Assembly: GCA_964565505.1 (NCBI GenBank)
Contig: CAZMFF010000003.1
Location: 1,465 to 65,464, forward strand
Origin: an uncultured Acutalibacter sp.
GTDB taxonomy: Bacteria > Bacillota > Clostridia > Oscillospirales > Acutalibacteraceae
DNA: 64,000 bases
Direction of reading: 5' to 3'
The translations under genes were made by a program, and so were the position numbers. The notes under the pieces are model-generated. The model saw only the letters and a list, made by a program, of their open reading frames with translations. It did no database searches and had not been told where the DNA came from. Position 1 is the first letter of the stretch. Every line of letters begins with the position of its first letter. Shown here piece by piece: positions 39,393-49,505 of the stretch.

Positions 39393-41759
39393 TCAGATTC
39401 TCAGGGAAACGCCCTGCGCTCCCAGCGCCTCTACGATCTGATCGATAACCGGCTGGACCTCTTCCTTCGACAGGGTCTTTTCTCTGGAGGAAAAGGCAAA
39501 GCGCAGGGTTAGGCTCCTGTTCTCTCCCAGCTGGAAGGCGTCGATGAGCGTCACGGAGCTTAACAGCTCCTTGGAAAGCCCGTCCCAGGCAGGCGTCAGC
39601 TCCGCATAGAGCTTCCCTTCCGGCAGGACGAAGGAAAGGTCGATATCGATACCGGGGAAGCGGGAGGGCTCGCGATATTCCAGATCCGCCGCGGGCACCC
39701 CGGCAAAGGTATCCATATAGAGCTGGGCGCAGACCACCGCCGCTTTTCTGTCCAGATTGGAAAGCACAGCAGGGTGCACGGTGCAAAGCCAGCCAAGCTT
39801 TTCTTCCCCGCAGGAAATTTCCGCTGTGTTTCTGGGGTGCTGCCAGGCATGGACAGGCTCCCGATTTCTCAGAGAAAGCTCTGCCCTTTTCACTTCCTGG
39901 CCCAAGGTCTTTACCATCTCCAAAAGCCGGAAATACAGCTCCTTTTCCCCCTGGGTCCTGCTGTAAAGAGCGATCCCCAGCACCTTTCGTTCCCTGCACT
40001 CTCCGTTCTCCTTGGTTCCCTCGCAGACTCTGCCGATCTCGAAAAGGCCAAAGTCTGCCCCAAAGGACCGGTTTTCCTGTACAAAGGAAAGGAGCGTGGG
40101 CCCCATATTGGTGCGTAAGGTCTCGTGGTCGGGAGACTGAGGGCTTAAAAGCTTTACATTCTCCTCCACCTCGATCCCCAATTCCCGGCACTTTTTGGCG
40201 TCAAACCAGATATAGGAATGGACCTCGTTGAGACCGTACCGTTCTACCAGAATATCCTTTGCAAAATTGTCTGATTTATTTGCCGCGCTCCGTTTTCTGG
40301 GATACAGCGGGCTCAAAGTGGTGGAGATCTCAAAATTGTCATAGCCATAGATCCTGGTGATCTCCTCGATGATGTCCGCCTTGATGGTCACATCCTTCGT
40401 GGCCCGCCAGGAGGGCACCGCCACCCTGAATTCCTTTCCGTCATATTCCGCCCCGAAGCCCAGAGCGCGCAGGGTGGAAAGGATCTGCTCGTCGGAAATT
40501 TCGATGCCGGTGTAGCGGTCCACATAGCGCTTGTCAAAGCGCAGCGTGATCTGGGGATAGCGCCTGACATAGACATCGGTCAGCTGGGAAATGACCTGGG
40601 CCTGCGGGTCGATCTCCAATAGCAGCTTCAAAAACCGGGCAATGGCCGGCACAGTCATTTCAGGGTCCAGTGTTTTCTCATAGCGCATGGAAGCGTCTGT
40701 GCGAAGCCCCAGCCGGGTAGAGGCTCTGCGCACGCTGACAGCGTCAAAGTTGGCGGACTCCAGCAGCAGGCTGTCGGTATCGTCCTCGATCTCGGAGTCA
40801 AGGCCGCCCATAACGCCGGCCACCGCCACCGGCTTGCCTTTCGAGCAGATCATCAGTGTATTTTCGTCGATCGTGCGCTTCGCGCCGTCCAGAGTCTGAA
40901 ACTCGAAGGGCTCAGAGAAGCGCTTCACCTCAATGCTGTCCACCTTTTTGCAGTCAAAGGCGTGCATGGGCTGGCCCATTTCCAGCATCAGGTAATTCGT
41001 GAGATCCGCCAGAAGGTTGATGGCCCGGCTGCCGCAGTAAAACAGACGGATACGCATGTTCACCGGGCTTACCTTCTTTTTGATATTGCGCACCTTCAGG
41101 CAGGAATAGCGAAAGCAGAGCTCTTCGTCCTGCACATTGACAGAAACGGGGTCAAGGCCGTCAAATTGAGAAAGCTCCACCGTTTCCAGGGGCTTTAATT
41201 CCCTGCCGGTCAGCGCCGCAAATTCCCGGGCAATGCCGTAATGGCCCCACAGATCGGGGCGGTTCGTCAGGGATTTGTTATCCACCTCAAACACGATGTC
41301 TCGAATATCGTAAAGCTCCGTCATATCCGCTCCCACAGGGGTATCCTCCGGCAGCTCCCACAGGCCGGAGTGGTCATCGGAAACGCCCAGCTCCTTTTCA
41401 GAGCAGCACATGCCGTGGGATTCGACCCCGGCAATCTTCGCACAGCCGATCTCCGCTCCGCCTACCATGCCGCCCTCCTTCACAAAGGGGACGATCATGC
41501 CCTTTCGCACATTGGGCGCGCCGCAAACCACACTGTATACCTGGTCGCCGCCGTCCACCGTAAGCAGGTGGAGCTTTTCGGAGCTCGGGTGGTTCTCCAC
41601 CGTCAGGATCTTTCCCGCCACCACATCCCGCAGGTTTTCTCCCATGCGGTACACCTCCTCCACCTCAGCGGTGGAAAGGGTAAAACGATGGATCAGGGCC
41701 TCCAGGTCCAGGCCTTTAAGATCCACAAAATCTCCGATCCAATTCATTGAAATAAGCAT
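39393..41759 (-). CDS. pheT: phenylalanine--tRNA ligase beta subunit
   Basis: 788 aa, MLISMNWIGDFVDL..., with tRNA-binding, B3/4, B5 and FDX-ACB domain order. Confidence 0.96.
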   Translation of the reverse strand: MLISMNWIGDFVDLKGLDLEALIHRFTLSTAEVEEVYRMGENLRDVVAGKILTVENHPSSEKLHLLTVDGGDQVYSVVCGAPNVRKGMIVPFVKEGGMVGGAEIGCAKIAGVESHGMCCSEKELGVSDDHSGLWELPEDTPVGADMTELYDIRDIVFEVDNKSLTNRPDLWGHYGIAREFAALTGRELKPLETVELSQFDGLDPVSVNVQDEELCFRYSCLKVRNIKKKVSPVNMRIRLFYCGSRAINLLADLTNYLMLEMGQPMHAFDCKKVDSIEVKRFSEPFEFQTLDGAKRTIDENTLMICSKGKPVAVAGVMGGLDSEIEDDTDSLLLESANFDAVSVRRASTRLGLRTDASMRYEKTLDPEMTVPAIARFLKLLLEIDPQAQVISQLTDVYVRRYPQITLRFDKRYVDRYTGIEISDEQILSTLRALGFGAEYDGKEFRVAVPSWRATKDVTIKADIIEEITRIYGYDNFEISTTLSPLYPRKRSAANKSDNFAKDILVERYGLNEVHSYIWFDAKKCRELGIEVEENVKLLSPQSPDHETLRTNMGPTLLSFVQENRSFGADFGLFEIGRVCEGTKENGECRERKVLGIALYSRTQGEKELYFRLLEMVKTLGQEVKRAELSLRNREPVHAWQHPRNTAEISCGEEKLGWLCTVHPAVLSNLDRKAAVVCAQLYMDTFAGVPAADLEYREPSRFPGIDIDLSFVLPEGKLYAELTPAWDGLSKELLSSVTLIDAFQLGENRSLTLRFAFSSREKTLSKEEVQPVIDQIVEALGAQGVSLRI

Positions 41760-41811
41760 ATGATTACCTCTTGTTCCTTCCAGTTTCTTGATAAACTTAT
41801 CCCTTCAGGCC

Positions 41812-42840
41812 TTATTCATGCCTAAACTGAGACAGCGCCTTGAGATTCCCGCTGTTGAGATCCCGGATATCCTTCACGCCGTACTTCATCATCACCAGGC
41901 GCGTGAGCCCCAGGCCAAAGGCAAAGCCGGTGTATTCCTCCGGGTCGATCCCGCCCTCTTTCAGCACATTGGGGTGGATCATTCCGCAGGGGCAAAGCTC
42001 TACCCAGCCGGAATGGTGGCAGGTAGAACAGCCCTCCCCGCCGCAGATCAGGCAGTTGATGTCCAGCTCAAAGCCGGGCTCCACAAAGGGGAAAAACCCG
42101 GGGCGCAGGCGCACTTTCACATCCCGCTCGAACACCTCGGAAAGCATGGTTTTCATAAAGTAGATCAAATTGGAGACGGAAATATTTTTGTCTACCATGA
42201 TCCCCTCCATCTGGAAGAAGGTGGTTTCATGGCTGGCGTCAGTGGCCTCGTTTCTAAAGCACCGCCCCGGGAAAATAGCCCGCACCGGCGCGCCGTATTT
42301 TCGCAGAATGAAATTCTGGGCGGCGGAGGTATGAGTTTTCAAAAGCTGGCCGTTATCGAGATAATAGGTGTCCTGCATATCTCTGGCAGGGTGATCCTTG
42401 GGGATGTTCACCGCCTCGAAGCACTCGTAGTCGGTGACGATCTCCTTAAAATCCTCCACCACAAAGCCCATAGAGGCAAAGATCTCCTCCAGCTGCCGCT
42501 GAATGATGGTGACCGGATGATAGGAGCCGCCCTGCGCCGCCCCGGGCAGGGTCACATCATACTGCTCTGCGGAATCGATCAGCGCCTGCTCTTCCATTGT
42601 CTTGATCTGGGAGAGCTTTTGAGACAAACTCTCTTCCACCTGTCTCTTCAGCTGGTTGATATGCTGGCCCAGCTCTTTTTTCTGCTCACCGCTCACTTCC
42701 TTGAGTCCCTTGAGCAGCTCTGTGACGGCGCCCTTTTTTCCCAGGTACGCCACCCGCAGCTTTTCCACAGCCTCGCTGTTCTTGGCGTTTTCCAGCTCGC
42801 CGGAAAAGCGCTGCCGCAGGGATTCCATCTTCTCCTTCAT
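41812..42840 (-). CDS. pheS: phenylalanine--tRNA ligase alpha subunit
   Basis: 342 aa, with class II motifs (HPARDMQDTYY, FPGRCFRNE, GFAFGLGLTRL). Confidence 0.96.
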   Translation of the reverse strand: MKEKMESLRQRFSGELENAKNSEAVEKLRVAYLGKKGAVTELLKGLKEVSGEQKKELGQHINQLKRQVEESLSQKLSQIKTMEEQALIDSAEQYDVTLPGAAQGGSYHPVTIIQRQLEEIFASMGFVVEDFKEIVTDYECFEAVNIPKDHPARDMQDTYYLDNGQLLKTHTSAAQNFILRKYGAPVRAIFPGRCFRNEATDASHETTFFQMEGIMVDKNISVSNLIYFMKTMLSEVFERDVKVRLRPGFFPFVEPGFELDINCLICGGEGCSTCHHSGWVELCPCGMIHPNVLKEGGIDPEEYTGFAFGLGLTRLVMMKYGVKDIRDLNSGNLKALSQFRHE

Positions 42841-42867
42841 TTCTCTTCCATCCTTTCTTAAATCCTT

Positions 42868-43190
42868 TCAGGGCAAAAAGAAGCTTCGCCCCCTATTGGG
42901 GCGAAGCGAATTGTCCGCTGCGCGGTACCACCCAATTTCAATGAAGCCCTTTTGGAAAGGCTTCACTCTTTTCCAGCCTGTAACGAAGCTGACTCGTCAG
43001 AGCCTACTTTTCGGGGAACTTCTCCCTGACTGAGGGGATCCCTCAACCAAGGCCCGCAGCTGTTCAGCCCTGCCGCTCCAAAGGGAACTTCAGCCCTGCC
43101 TCTGCCGTACAGGCGCTTTCAGCCAATGGCGCCCGCTCTCTGCCCGGGAGAACAACCCTACTTTCCTTTTTCACAGCGTTTTTCTCGCAA
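42868..43190 (-). promoter_or_regulatory. T-box leader (Phe) with terminator/antiterminator upstream of pheS
   Basis: The minus strand carries the T-box sequence AAUUGGGUGGUACCGCG (about 42935-42919). It is followed by the terminator GCUUCGCCCC-aaua-GGGGCGAAGC UUCUUUUU (about 42907-42872). Upstream are stem-I-like AGAGAG and GAAAGUAG elements. A UUC triplet at 43087-43085 is a tentative specifier. Confidence 0.8.
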
Positions 43191-43277
43191 ATGACCTGAC
43201 AGAAAGGACCCCACTACTTTCAAGGAAAGCACTTCAGGGCCTCTTTCTCAGGGCAATAGCCTTGCTACTGCCTTTTT

Positions 43278-43306
43278 ATCATAGCACAACGAAAACGGTT
43301 TTTCAA
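43278..43306 (-). promoter_or_regulatory. candidate sigma-A promoter for the pheST leader
   Basis: The minus strand reads TTGAAA, a 17-nt spacer, then (TGC)TATGAT. Confidence 0.4.
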
Positions 43307-43367
43307 GAGAGAGACGCTTCTTGGGACCGTTTTTCCCCGGATTTTGGCAGCATTCATAAAAGATTCA

Positions 43368-43396
43368 TTGAATTTCTCCCGTTTCCATGCTATACT
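43368..43396 (+). promoter_or_regulatory. candidate sigma-A promoter for the 179-aa membrane protein gene
   Basis: TTGAAT (43368-43373), a 17-nt spacer, then (TGC)TATACT (43391-43396). Confidence 0.4.
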
Positions 43397-43469
43397 TTGA
43401 CTGAGCGGGATTTTCAAAAGGCTTCTGCTTTTTCAGAAAATCCGGAAACACCGGAAAGGGGAAACAAAA

Positions 43470-44009
43470 ATGGGCGACGTGTTTATCGAGCGCATGGTAA
43501 AGAAAAAAATTCAGGGAACAGACCTTCTCATCATCATCGGCCTGATCCTGGCGGCCGTCGTGCTTTGCCCGGTGCTGATCTTGGTCAGTTTGAGCTTTCG
43601 CCTTTCCATGATCGGGGTTTTAGCCTGCTGCGGCGTGGTGTTCGGCGCCTACAAGCTTTTGTGCATGCGGCTTTTGGAATATGAATACAGCCTGACAAAC
43701 GGGTATGTGACCGTGGATAAGATCATGAATAAGGCTTCCCGCAAGCGCATGACCTCCTTTGAGTGCAGCAGCGCAGAGGAGATCGGAGAATATCCAAAAA
43801 ATGCGGAACGCCTGAAAAACCGTTCCTTTGACGCCAGGATCTTTGCCTCGGCCACCGCCTCCTATGAAAACGCCTGGTATATGATCGTACAAAGCGGGAA
43901 AACAGGAAAGACCCTGGTGGTGTTCGACCCGGACGAGGATTTTTTAGAGGCCATTAAAAAGTTTATCCCCCGCCCCCTGAAATTTGAGGTGTTCGGAAGG
44001 AACGCCTGA
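43470..44009 (+). CDS. hypothetical membrane protein (2 TM plus a soluble C-terminal domain)
   Basis: 179 aa, with two adjacent TM helices (LLIIIGLILAAVVLCPVLILV, MIGVLACCGVVFGAY). GGGGAAACAAAAATG RBS context. No catalytic motif. Confidence 0.65.
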   Translation: MGDVFIERMVKKKIQGTDLLIIIGLILAAVVLCPVLILVSLSFRLSMIGVLACCGVVFGAYKLLCMRLLEYEYSLTNGYVTVDKIMNKASRKRMTSFECSSAEEIGEYPKNAERLKNRSFDARIFASATASYENAWYMIVQSGKTGKTLVVFDPDEDFLEAIKKFIPRPLKFEVFGRNA

Positions 44010-44028
44010 TTTTTGACAGAGTAAAAAC

Positions 44029-44067
44029 AAAGGGCCGCCGCTTCTTTTAGAAGCGGCGGCCCTTTTT
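44029..44067. terminator. bidirectional intrinsic terminator
   Basis: AAAGGGCCGCCGCUUC-uuuua-GAAGCGGCGGCCCUUUUU, a 16-bp perfect stem between convergent genes. Confidence 0.87.
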
Positions 44068-44096
44068 CAGCTGTCTTTTGAAAGAAGCTTCCAGCT

Positions 44097-45563
44097 TTAC
44101 TCGTTGGGGTACATCTCCCGCAGGGCGGGGATCTGAGCGGCTCTGGGGGTGCCCTCCAGACGCTTGATATAGCTTTCCAGCATCCCTCTGCAATGCTCCG
44201 GGCCGCCCTCGCGCATCACGGTCCACAGCGGGTCTACATCAAACTGAGACTTCTTCATCATCTCGTCCGTCCAGTCCAGGATCAGCTTCGCGCCCTTCGC
44301 GCACAGCTCCGGATGCTCTTTGGAAAGGTCTCGCTGCTCGTGAGGATCCTTTCTCACATCGAAAAGCATCTCCCGGGAGAACAGGTGATAGCCGCCGTGC
44401 ACCGTGCGCACATAGAGATAATCTCCGAACCTTACAGAGCGCTGGCATACATGGCAGCACTGGGTAAGCACCGCGCTTTCCCGGGAGCAGTCCGCACCCT
44501 CTAAAAGCGTCTTCGCATAGGAGACCCCGTCCCAGTCATAATCTCCCTGGATCCCGGTTCCCAGAAGCTCTGCCACGGTGGGGAGAAGATCCACATTGTC
44601 ATGGAGACCCTTCGCCACAAAATTCTTTTTTCCGTGAGGCCACTTGATGATCATGGGGATATGGCAGGTGGGCTCGTCCGCCGTGGCGTGCTCGCCGTAG
44701 ATTCCCAATTCCCCCAGGTTTTCCCCATGATCCGAGGTGATGATCACGGCCAGGTCCTCATCGTAAAGGCCCTTTTCCTTCAGAAGGTCCAGGATCATCC
44801 CGATATTGTCGTCCGTATAGCGCACGCCGCAGTCGTACTGATCCAGCATATTTTTCATGTCGGCCCGGTCCTTGAGCCTTCCCGGATGCCGGGGATATTG
44901 AGGAGAGGTGGAGTCGTTCCACATGGCGATCTCGTTGGCGCCGTGAGGTCCTACATGAAGCAGGTGCTGGGCGAACACCTCCTCGGTGATCCAGTCGTCG
45001 GGAAGAGGCTCGTTTTCAAAGGGATTTCCGAAAGAGGCAGGCGCCCGGTAAGGCGTATGAGGATCCCAGAAATGCACATGCAAAAACCAGTTGTCCTCCT
45101 GGCCGTTGCGCTCGATCCAGTCCAGCACATGGGGCGTTACCGCTTCCGCGGATTCTCCGCCTCTTCCTCCCACGTTGCAGCACTCGTTAAAGCCCGCGTT
45201 GAACCACCAGGCAGAGTGGCGCTCTGCAAAGGTAGAAAAGGACACCGTGTGCATTCCCGCCCTGCGAAACTGCATGAAAAGCCCGTTTTCACTGCAATCG
45301 TCCGTAAAGTGGCGGCTCTCCCCCTGCAGGCGCAGATCGGCCGCCGTGCCGCCGTGGCCCACTACCCCGTTTCTGATGCCGTACCGGCCGGTGATCAGCG
45401 AGGCTCTTGAGGGCAGGCAGGGCGCGTTGGGACAGTAATAATCGTCAAAGCGCACGCCGTCTCTGGCCACAGAGTCGATGACGGGAGAGGTGTTCCTCCC
45501 ATAGCCGTAGCAGCCCAAATGGTCGCTTCTCAGGGTGTCGATGTCGAACATGATCACTCGCAT
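44097..45563 (-). CDS. Cys-type sulfatase (formylglycine-dependent), no signal peptide
   Basis: MRVIMFDIDTLRSDHLGCYG, with the C-x-P-x-R maturation motif in APCLPSRASLITGR. Start at 45563 after AGGAGG; the 24-codon track extension overlaps the upstream sulfatase. Confidence 0.87.
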   Translation of the reverse strand: MRVIMFDIDTLRSDHLGCYGYGRNTSPVIDSVARDGVRFDDYYCPNAPCLPSRASLITGRYGIRNGVVGHGGTAADLRLQGESRHFTDDCSENGLFMQFRRAGMHTVSFSTFAERHSAWWFNAGFNECCNVGGRGGESAEAVTPHVLDWIERNGQEDNWFLHVHFWDPHTPYRAPASFGNPFENEPLPDDWITEEVFAQHLLHVGPHGANEIAMWNDSTSPQYPRHPGRLKDRADMKNMLDQYDCGVRYTDDNIGMILDLLKEKGLYDEDLAVIITSDHGENLGELGIYGEHATADEPTCHIPMIIKWPHGKKNFVAKGLHDNVDLLPTVAELLGTGIQGDYDWDGVSYAKTLLEGADCSRESAVLTQCCHVCQRSVRFGDYLYVRTVHGGYHLFSREMLFDVRKDPHEQRDLSKEHPELCAKGAKLILDWTDEMMKKSQFDVDPLWTVMREGGPEHCRGMLESYIKRLEGTPRAAQIPALREMYPNE

Positions 45564-45612
45564 AGATAAACCTCCTGCTTTTTCGTTTGTAAATATTTTT
45601 ATGTAAGGGGCC

Positions 45613-46965
45613 TCAGCCGGCCTCTGACTTGTCATAAAGGGCCACGATGTAGGGGTGGTTCTCGTCGTACTCGGTCAAGGGCTTTGGAGAATCCACGCAC
45701 AGACACGGGCGCACCTGGGAGCCTGTCACTCCCGCGGCCTCGTCTCCTAGCTCCTCTGCAAGCTCCTTGGCCCTTAACCGGATCCGCTCGGCGACCTCCG
45801 GCTTCTCCAAAAGCAGATCCCGCTGCTCGGAAAGATCCTCCTCCAGATCGTAGAGCCCCGGGTTGGGCTCGCCCTTGGAGGTGAAGTGCAGCTTGTACCT
45901 GCCCACTCGGATGGCCGCCAGATTCTTATCCTGATAATAGCACATCTCCTGCCGGATAGGCTGATCCTCTCCCAGCAGCATGGGAAGGATATTCACCCCG
46001 TCAATGGGGTTTTCTCTCGGCAGCTCACGGTGAAGCATCGCCGCGAAGGTGGGGAGAAGATCCATATTGGAGGCCATATTGCGGACGGTGACCCCTTCCT
46101 TCACATGGCCCTTCCAGTGAACGATGAAGGGCACGCGCATCCCGCCCTCCCAGGCGGTGTGCTTGGTGCCCCGCAAAGGGGCGTTGCTGGCCCCGTTGGC
46201 GGCCAGGGAGCCGTTGTCCGAGGTGAAGATCAAAAGGGTGTTCTCATAAATCCCCAGGCGCTTGAGCTCTGAAACCAGAGCGCGGACCGACCAGTCCACC
46301 TCAGCCATGCAGGCGCCGAAATCCCCGTTTTCCGAAGCCGCCGCAAAATGGTGAGCGGCGTAAAGGGGAAGGTGTACATGCATTTGAGCAAAGTAGAGGA
46401 AGAAGGGATGCTCCCGGTTTTCCCGCATAAATCGGATACACTGCTCCACATACCGCTCTGTCAGCCCCGCCTGATCCGGCTGCTCTTCGATCACCTCATC
46501 CCCGGATATCAAGGGCAGAGGCGGCGTCAGAAAATCGAGAGGCGCCTTTCTTCTCTGCATCCCCATATCGTTGCTGTAGGGCAGACCGTAATAATCGTTG
46601 AACCCGAACCGTTTGGGAAGGCTCTCCGCCTGGTCTCCGCAGTGCCATTTCCCCACGATCATGGTGGAGTAGCCCGCCTGGGAAAAGAGCTTGGGCATGG
46701 TGTATTCCTTCGGGTCCAGGCCGTAGGGCTCTGCGGGAAACAGGACCCGGGTGATCCCCACCCGAGGCGGGTAACACCCCGTCATCAGCGCCGCCCGGGA
46801 AGGGGAGCATACGGGAGAGGCGGCATAAAAGGAGGTAAAGCGCGCCCCCTCTTCTGCCAGCGAATCGATGAAGGGCGTGTGATTCACCTTCGAGCCGTAG
46901 CAGCCCAGGTCTCCATAGCCCATATCGTCGCAGTTGATCAAAATCACATTTGGCTTCTGTTCCAT
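45613..46965 (-). CDS. Cys-type arylsulfatase, no signal peptide
   Basis: NVILINCDDMGYGDLGCYG, with SPVCSPSRAALMTGCYP (CxPxR) and GKWHCG. Confidence 0.9.
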   Translation of the reverse strand: MEQKPNVILINCDDMGYGDLGCYGSKVNHTPFIDSLAEEGARFTSFYAASPVCSPSRAALMTGCYPPRVGITRVLFPAEPYGLDPKEYTMPKLFSQAGYSTMIVGKWHCGDQAESLPKRFGFNDYYGLPYSNDMGMQRRKAPLDFLTPPLPLISGDEVIEEQPDQAGLTERYVEQCIRFMRENREHPFFLYFAQMHVHLPLYAAHHFAAASENGDFGACMAEVDWSVRALVSELKRLGIYENTLLIFTSDNGSLAANGASNAPLRGTKHTAWEGGMRVPFIVHWKGHVKEGVTVRNMASNMDLLPTFAAMLHRELPRENPIDGVNILPMLLGEDQPIRQEMCYYQDKNLAAIRVGRYKLHFTSKGEPNPGLYDLEEDLSEQRDLLLEKPEVAERIRLRAKELAEELGDEAAGVTGSQVRPCLCVDSPKPLTEYDENHPYIVALYDKSEAG

Positions 46966-47005
46966 TTTCTGCTCCTTTCTGAAACTGTTTTACAAGTACG
47001 GCGCA

Positions 47006-47584
47006 TCACGGGAAAAAACGATCCTTGAAAAGATAAGCTCCTCCGCCCAGCAGTCCGCTTGCCGCCATGACAAGGATCGGGCTGAGCTTCAGCCGCCTGA
47101 GAACAAAAAAGCCCAGGAAGATCAAAAAAAGAGAGATCAGGTCGATCTGGAAAAAGGAAGCTTTCCCCTTTTCTCCCCACAGGGCAAGCGTCAGCATCCG
47201 AACGCCCGCACAGGCGATCAGGCCCACCACCGCGGGGCGAAGCCCCTGCAGGACTCCGGAAAACAGAGGGTTTTCCCGGTATCTCTCATAGACTTTTGCC
47301 AGAGCCAGCACGATCAGAAAGGAAGGGAGCACACATCCCAGGGTCGCTGTCAGCGCTCCGGGGATCCCCGCGATCCGGATGCCCACAAAGGTGGCCGCGT
47401 TGACGGCGATGGGGCCGGGAGTCATTTCAGCAATGGTGACCAGATCCGCAAATTCCGTCAGGGAAAGCCAGCCATGCAGGTCTACCACCTGAGCCTGGAT
47501 CAGCGGCATGGCGGCCATTCCCCCTCCGAAGCTCAAAAGCCCGATCTGAAGGAAGCTGAGGAATAAAAGAAAAACTACTTTCAT
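47006..47584 (-). CDS. short-chain CHR (chromate ion transporter family) half-protein
   Basis: MKVVFLLFLSFLQIGLLSFGGGMAAMPLIQ is the CHR signature FGGG..A.P. The start overlaps the stop of its partner. Confidence 0.8.
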   Translation of the reverse strand: MKVVFLLFLSFLQIGLLSFGGGMAAMPLIQAQVVDLHGWLSLTEFADLVTIAEMTPGPIAVNAATFVGIRIAGIPGALTATLGCVLPSFLIVLALAKVYERYRENPLFSGVLQGLRPAVVGLIACAGVRMLTLALWGEKGKASFFQIDLISLFLIFLGFFVLRRLKLSPILVMAASGLLGGGAYLFKDRFFP

Positions 47585-48153
47585 CTCTCTCCCTCCTGTG
47601 TCCGCCGCCGCAAAAGCGTCCAAAGGGCTCCCGCCGCTCCGCTTGCCAAAATGACCAGCGCTGCGTTGATCTCAAAAAGCCAGACAGCTAAAAAGGCTAG
47701 CGTCATCAGCACACAGGAGAAAAGCTTTCCCTCCCGCTGCACCGTTTTCCCCATAGAGAATACCACATCGGCGATCACGGCCACCACGCCGGAGCGCATC
47801 CCGCGCAGCACGGCCGCCACCAGACGGCTGCTCTGAAAGGCCGTGTAGAACAGGGATAACAGGGAAAGCACCAGCATAGGCGGCAGCACTGTACCCAGCA
47901 CCGAAAGCAAAGCGCCGGGAAGCTTCCCAACACGGTATCCCACCAAAATGGAAGCGTTCACCGCCACCGCCCCGGGAGAGGACTGAGCGATGGCCGTAAA
48001 ATTCAGCATTTCTTCCTCTGTGAGCCAGTTTAGCTCCTCCACAAACTTTTTCCGCATCAGGGAGACGATCACATACCCGCCCCCAAAGGTAAAGGCGCTG
48101 AGGACAAAGGTGGTGCGAAACAGCGTCCAGTACAGTTTCAGCGAGCTCTTCAC
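47581..48153 (-). CDS. short-chain CHR family half-protein (partner subunit)
   Basis: FVLSAFTFGGGYVIVSLMRKKF. GTG 48153 lies 7 nt after GGGGGAG; the track's upstream ATG has no SD. Confidence 0.75.
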   Translation of the reverse strand: MKSSLKLYWTLFRTTFVLSAFTFGGGYVIVSLMRKKFVEELNWLTEEEMLNFTAIAQSSPGAVAVNASILVGYRVGKLPGALLSVLGTVLPPMLVLSLLSLFYTAFQSSRLVAAVLRGMRSGVVAVIADVVFSMGKTVQREGKLFSCVLMTLAFLAVWLFEINAALVILASGAAGALWTLLRRRTQEGER

Positions 48154-48288
48154 CCGAATTCTCCCCCTTGCCGCGATCCGACCGCAGAGTAATTGACAAG
48201 ATAAGGATACCTCTTGCAGGCACATATGTAAAATAGTATAATTTAAATTAGTTTATAAGTAATTTGATATGACTTAAGGGAGGAAGCT

Positions 48289-49179
48289 ATGACACTGCGC
48301 CATATGAAGATCTTTGTAGCGGTATGCCATACCGGAAGCATCACCAAGGCGGGAAAAGAGCTGTTTTTATCCCAGCCCTCCGTAAGCCTGGCCATTTCCG
48401 AATTAGAGCAGAATTACGGGGTAAAGCTGTTCGACAGGATCTCTCAAAGGCTGTATATCACGGAGGCAGGCAAAGAGCTTCTGCAATACGCGGAGCATAT
48501 CGTGGGGCTTTTCGAGGAGATGGAGCAGGGCATCAAAAACTGGGACTCCTTAGGAAAGCTGCGCCTTGGGGGCAGCATCACTGTGGGGTGCCGCTACCTG
48601 CCTGAGGCGGTGAAGCTGCTGAGTAAAAAGTACCCCTCTCTGCAGATCGAGGTGACCGTGGACAATTCAGACGCCATCGAGCGGGGCGTTACGGAAAACC
48701 GCCTGGATGTGGCGGTCATTGAGGGGACGGTGCATAACCCTTATCTCGTCTCAAAGCCCCTTTTAGACGACCGGCTGGTTTTTCTGTGCCCGAAAGATCA
48801 CAGCTTTGCCGAACGGGAAGATGTGGACCCCGTCCTTTTGCAAAGGGAAAATTTCCTCCTGCGGGAAAAGGGCAGCGCCGGGCGGGAGCGGGTGGAGGAG
48901 CTGGCCGCCGCCCAGGGGCTTCAGCTTCGCTCCTGTTGGGAAAGCATCAGCACCCACGCCCTGCTGCAGGCGGTGAAGGCGGGATTGGGGATCTCCGTGC
49001 TTCCCTTCCTGCTCGCCAAGGATTCGCTGGACCGGGGAGAGATCTCCCTGTTTTCCGTGAAGGGCGTCTCTCTTTGGAGAAAGCTCAGCGCCATCTATCA
49101 CAAAAACAAATACCTCACCCAAAGCGCAATGGATTTCCTCGCCCTTTGGAAGCGGCTGGCGCCGGAGGGCGGTTTTTAG
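48289..49179 (+). CDS. LysR-family transcriptional regulator
   Basis: MTLRHMKIFVAVCHTGSITKAGKELFLSQPSVSLAISELE is the HTH, followed by a LysR substrate domain. It is divergent from the CHR pair. Its stop codon is the first UAG of the heptad array. Confidence 0.9.
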   Translation: MTLRHMKIFVAVCHTGSITKAGKELFLSQPSVSLAISELEQNYGVKLFDRISQRLYITEAGKELLQYAEHIVGLFEEMEQGIKNWDSLGKLRLGGSITVGCRYLPEAVKLLSKKYPSLQIEVTVDNSDAIERGVTENRLDVAVIEGTVHNPYLVSKPLLDDRLVFLCPKDHSFAEREDVDPVLLQRENFLLREKGSAGRERVEELAAAQGLQLRSCWESISTHALLQAVKAGLGISVLPFLLAKDSLDRGEISLFSVKGVSLWRKLSAIYHKNKYLTQSAMDFLALWKRLAPEGGF

Positions 49180-49214
49180 TTTTTAGTCGTTAGTTTTTAG
49201 TAGTTAGTTGTTAG
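49173..49214 (+). repeat. heptad array L: 6 x (NNNNTAG) on the + strand
   Basis: TAG at 49177, 49184, 49191, 49198, 49205 and 49212 (strict 7-nt period), plus an extra TAG at 49201. The reverse complement reads CTAANNN. Confidence 0.9.
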
Positions 49215-49222
49215 AGAAAAGC

Positions 49223-49288
49223 AAGGGAAGGGCACGCCCTTTCCCTTGACCTTGTCTAATAACTAATATCTAACATCTAACAACTATC
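49223..49288 (+). repeat. repeat module B1+A1: GC hairpin (49223-49247) followed by a 5 x CTAAYAW heptad array (49254-49288)
   Basis: AAGGGAAGGG-cacg-CCCUUUCCCUU hairpin. CTA at 49256, 49263, 49270, 49277 and 49284. Confidence 0.9.
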
Positions 49289-49505
49289 AAGAGGGAGCCA
49301 AGGAATGCCCTCTCAGTCTCGCTGCGCTCGACAGCTCCCCCAAGGGGGGAGCCAAGGAGTGACTGCAAATTTCTGTTCGGTTTGCTTGAGGAAAATTAAG
49401 CTGCGAGCCGCAAAAACTCCTTGCCTCTCCCTTTGGGGTGAGCCAAGTGAGGGGCTGCAAAGCCGCAAACCGCAGAAACCCCCTGCCTCTCGTCAGAGGG
49501 GCCAA
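49289..49505. repeat. hairpin-rich core with four GCCAAG-tailed mini-hairpins
   Basis: Hairpins are AGAGGG..CCCUCU (49290-49313), GCUCCCCC-aag-GGGGGAGC (49334-49352), CUCUCCC..GGGUGAG (49425-49442) and CCUCU-cguc-AGAGG (49486-49499). Each 3' arm runs into (G)CCAAG. Confidence 0.75.

Noticed and set aside
47006-48225. Chromate-resistance determinant or heavy-metal island.
   Set aside because: Only the short-chain CHR pair is present. There are no chrB, chrC or chrF genes, no reductases and no mobile-element genes. The context of sulfatases, an anSME and a LysR regulator fits oxyanion or sulfate handling better. The function remains untested.
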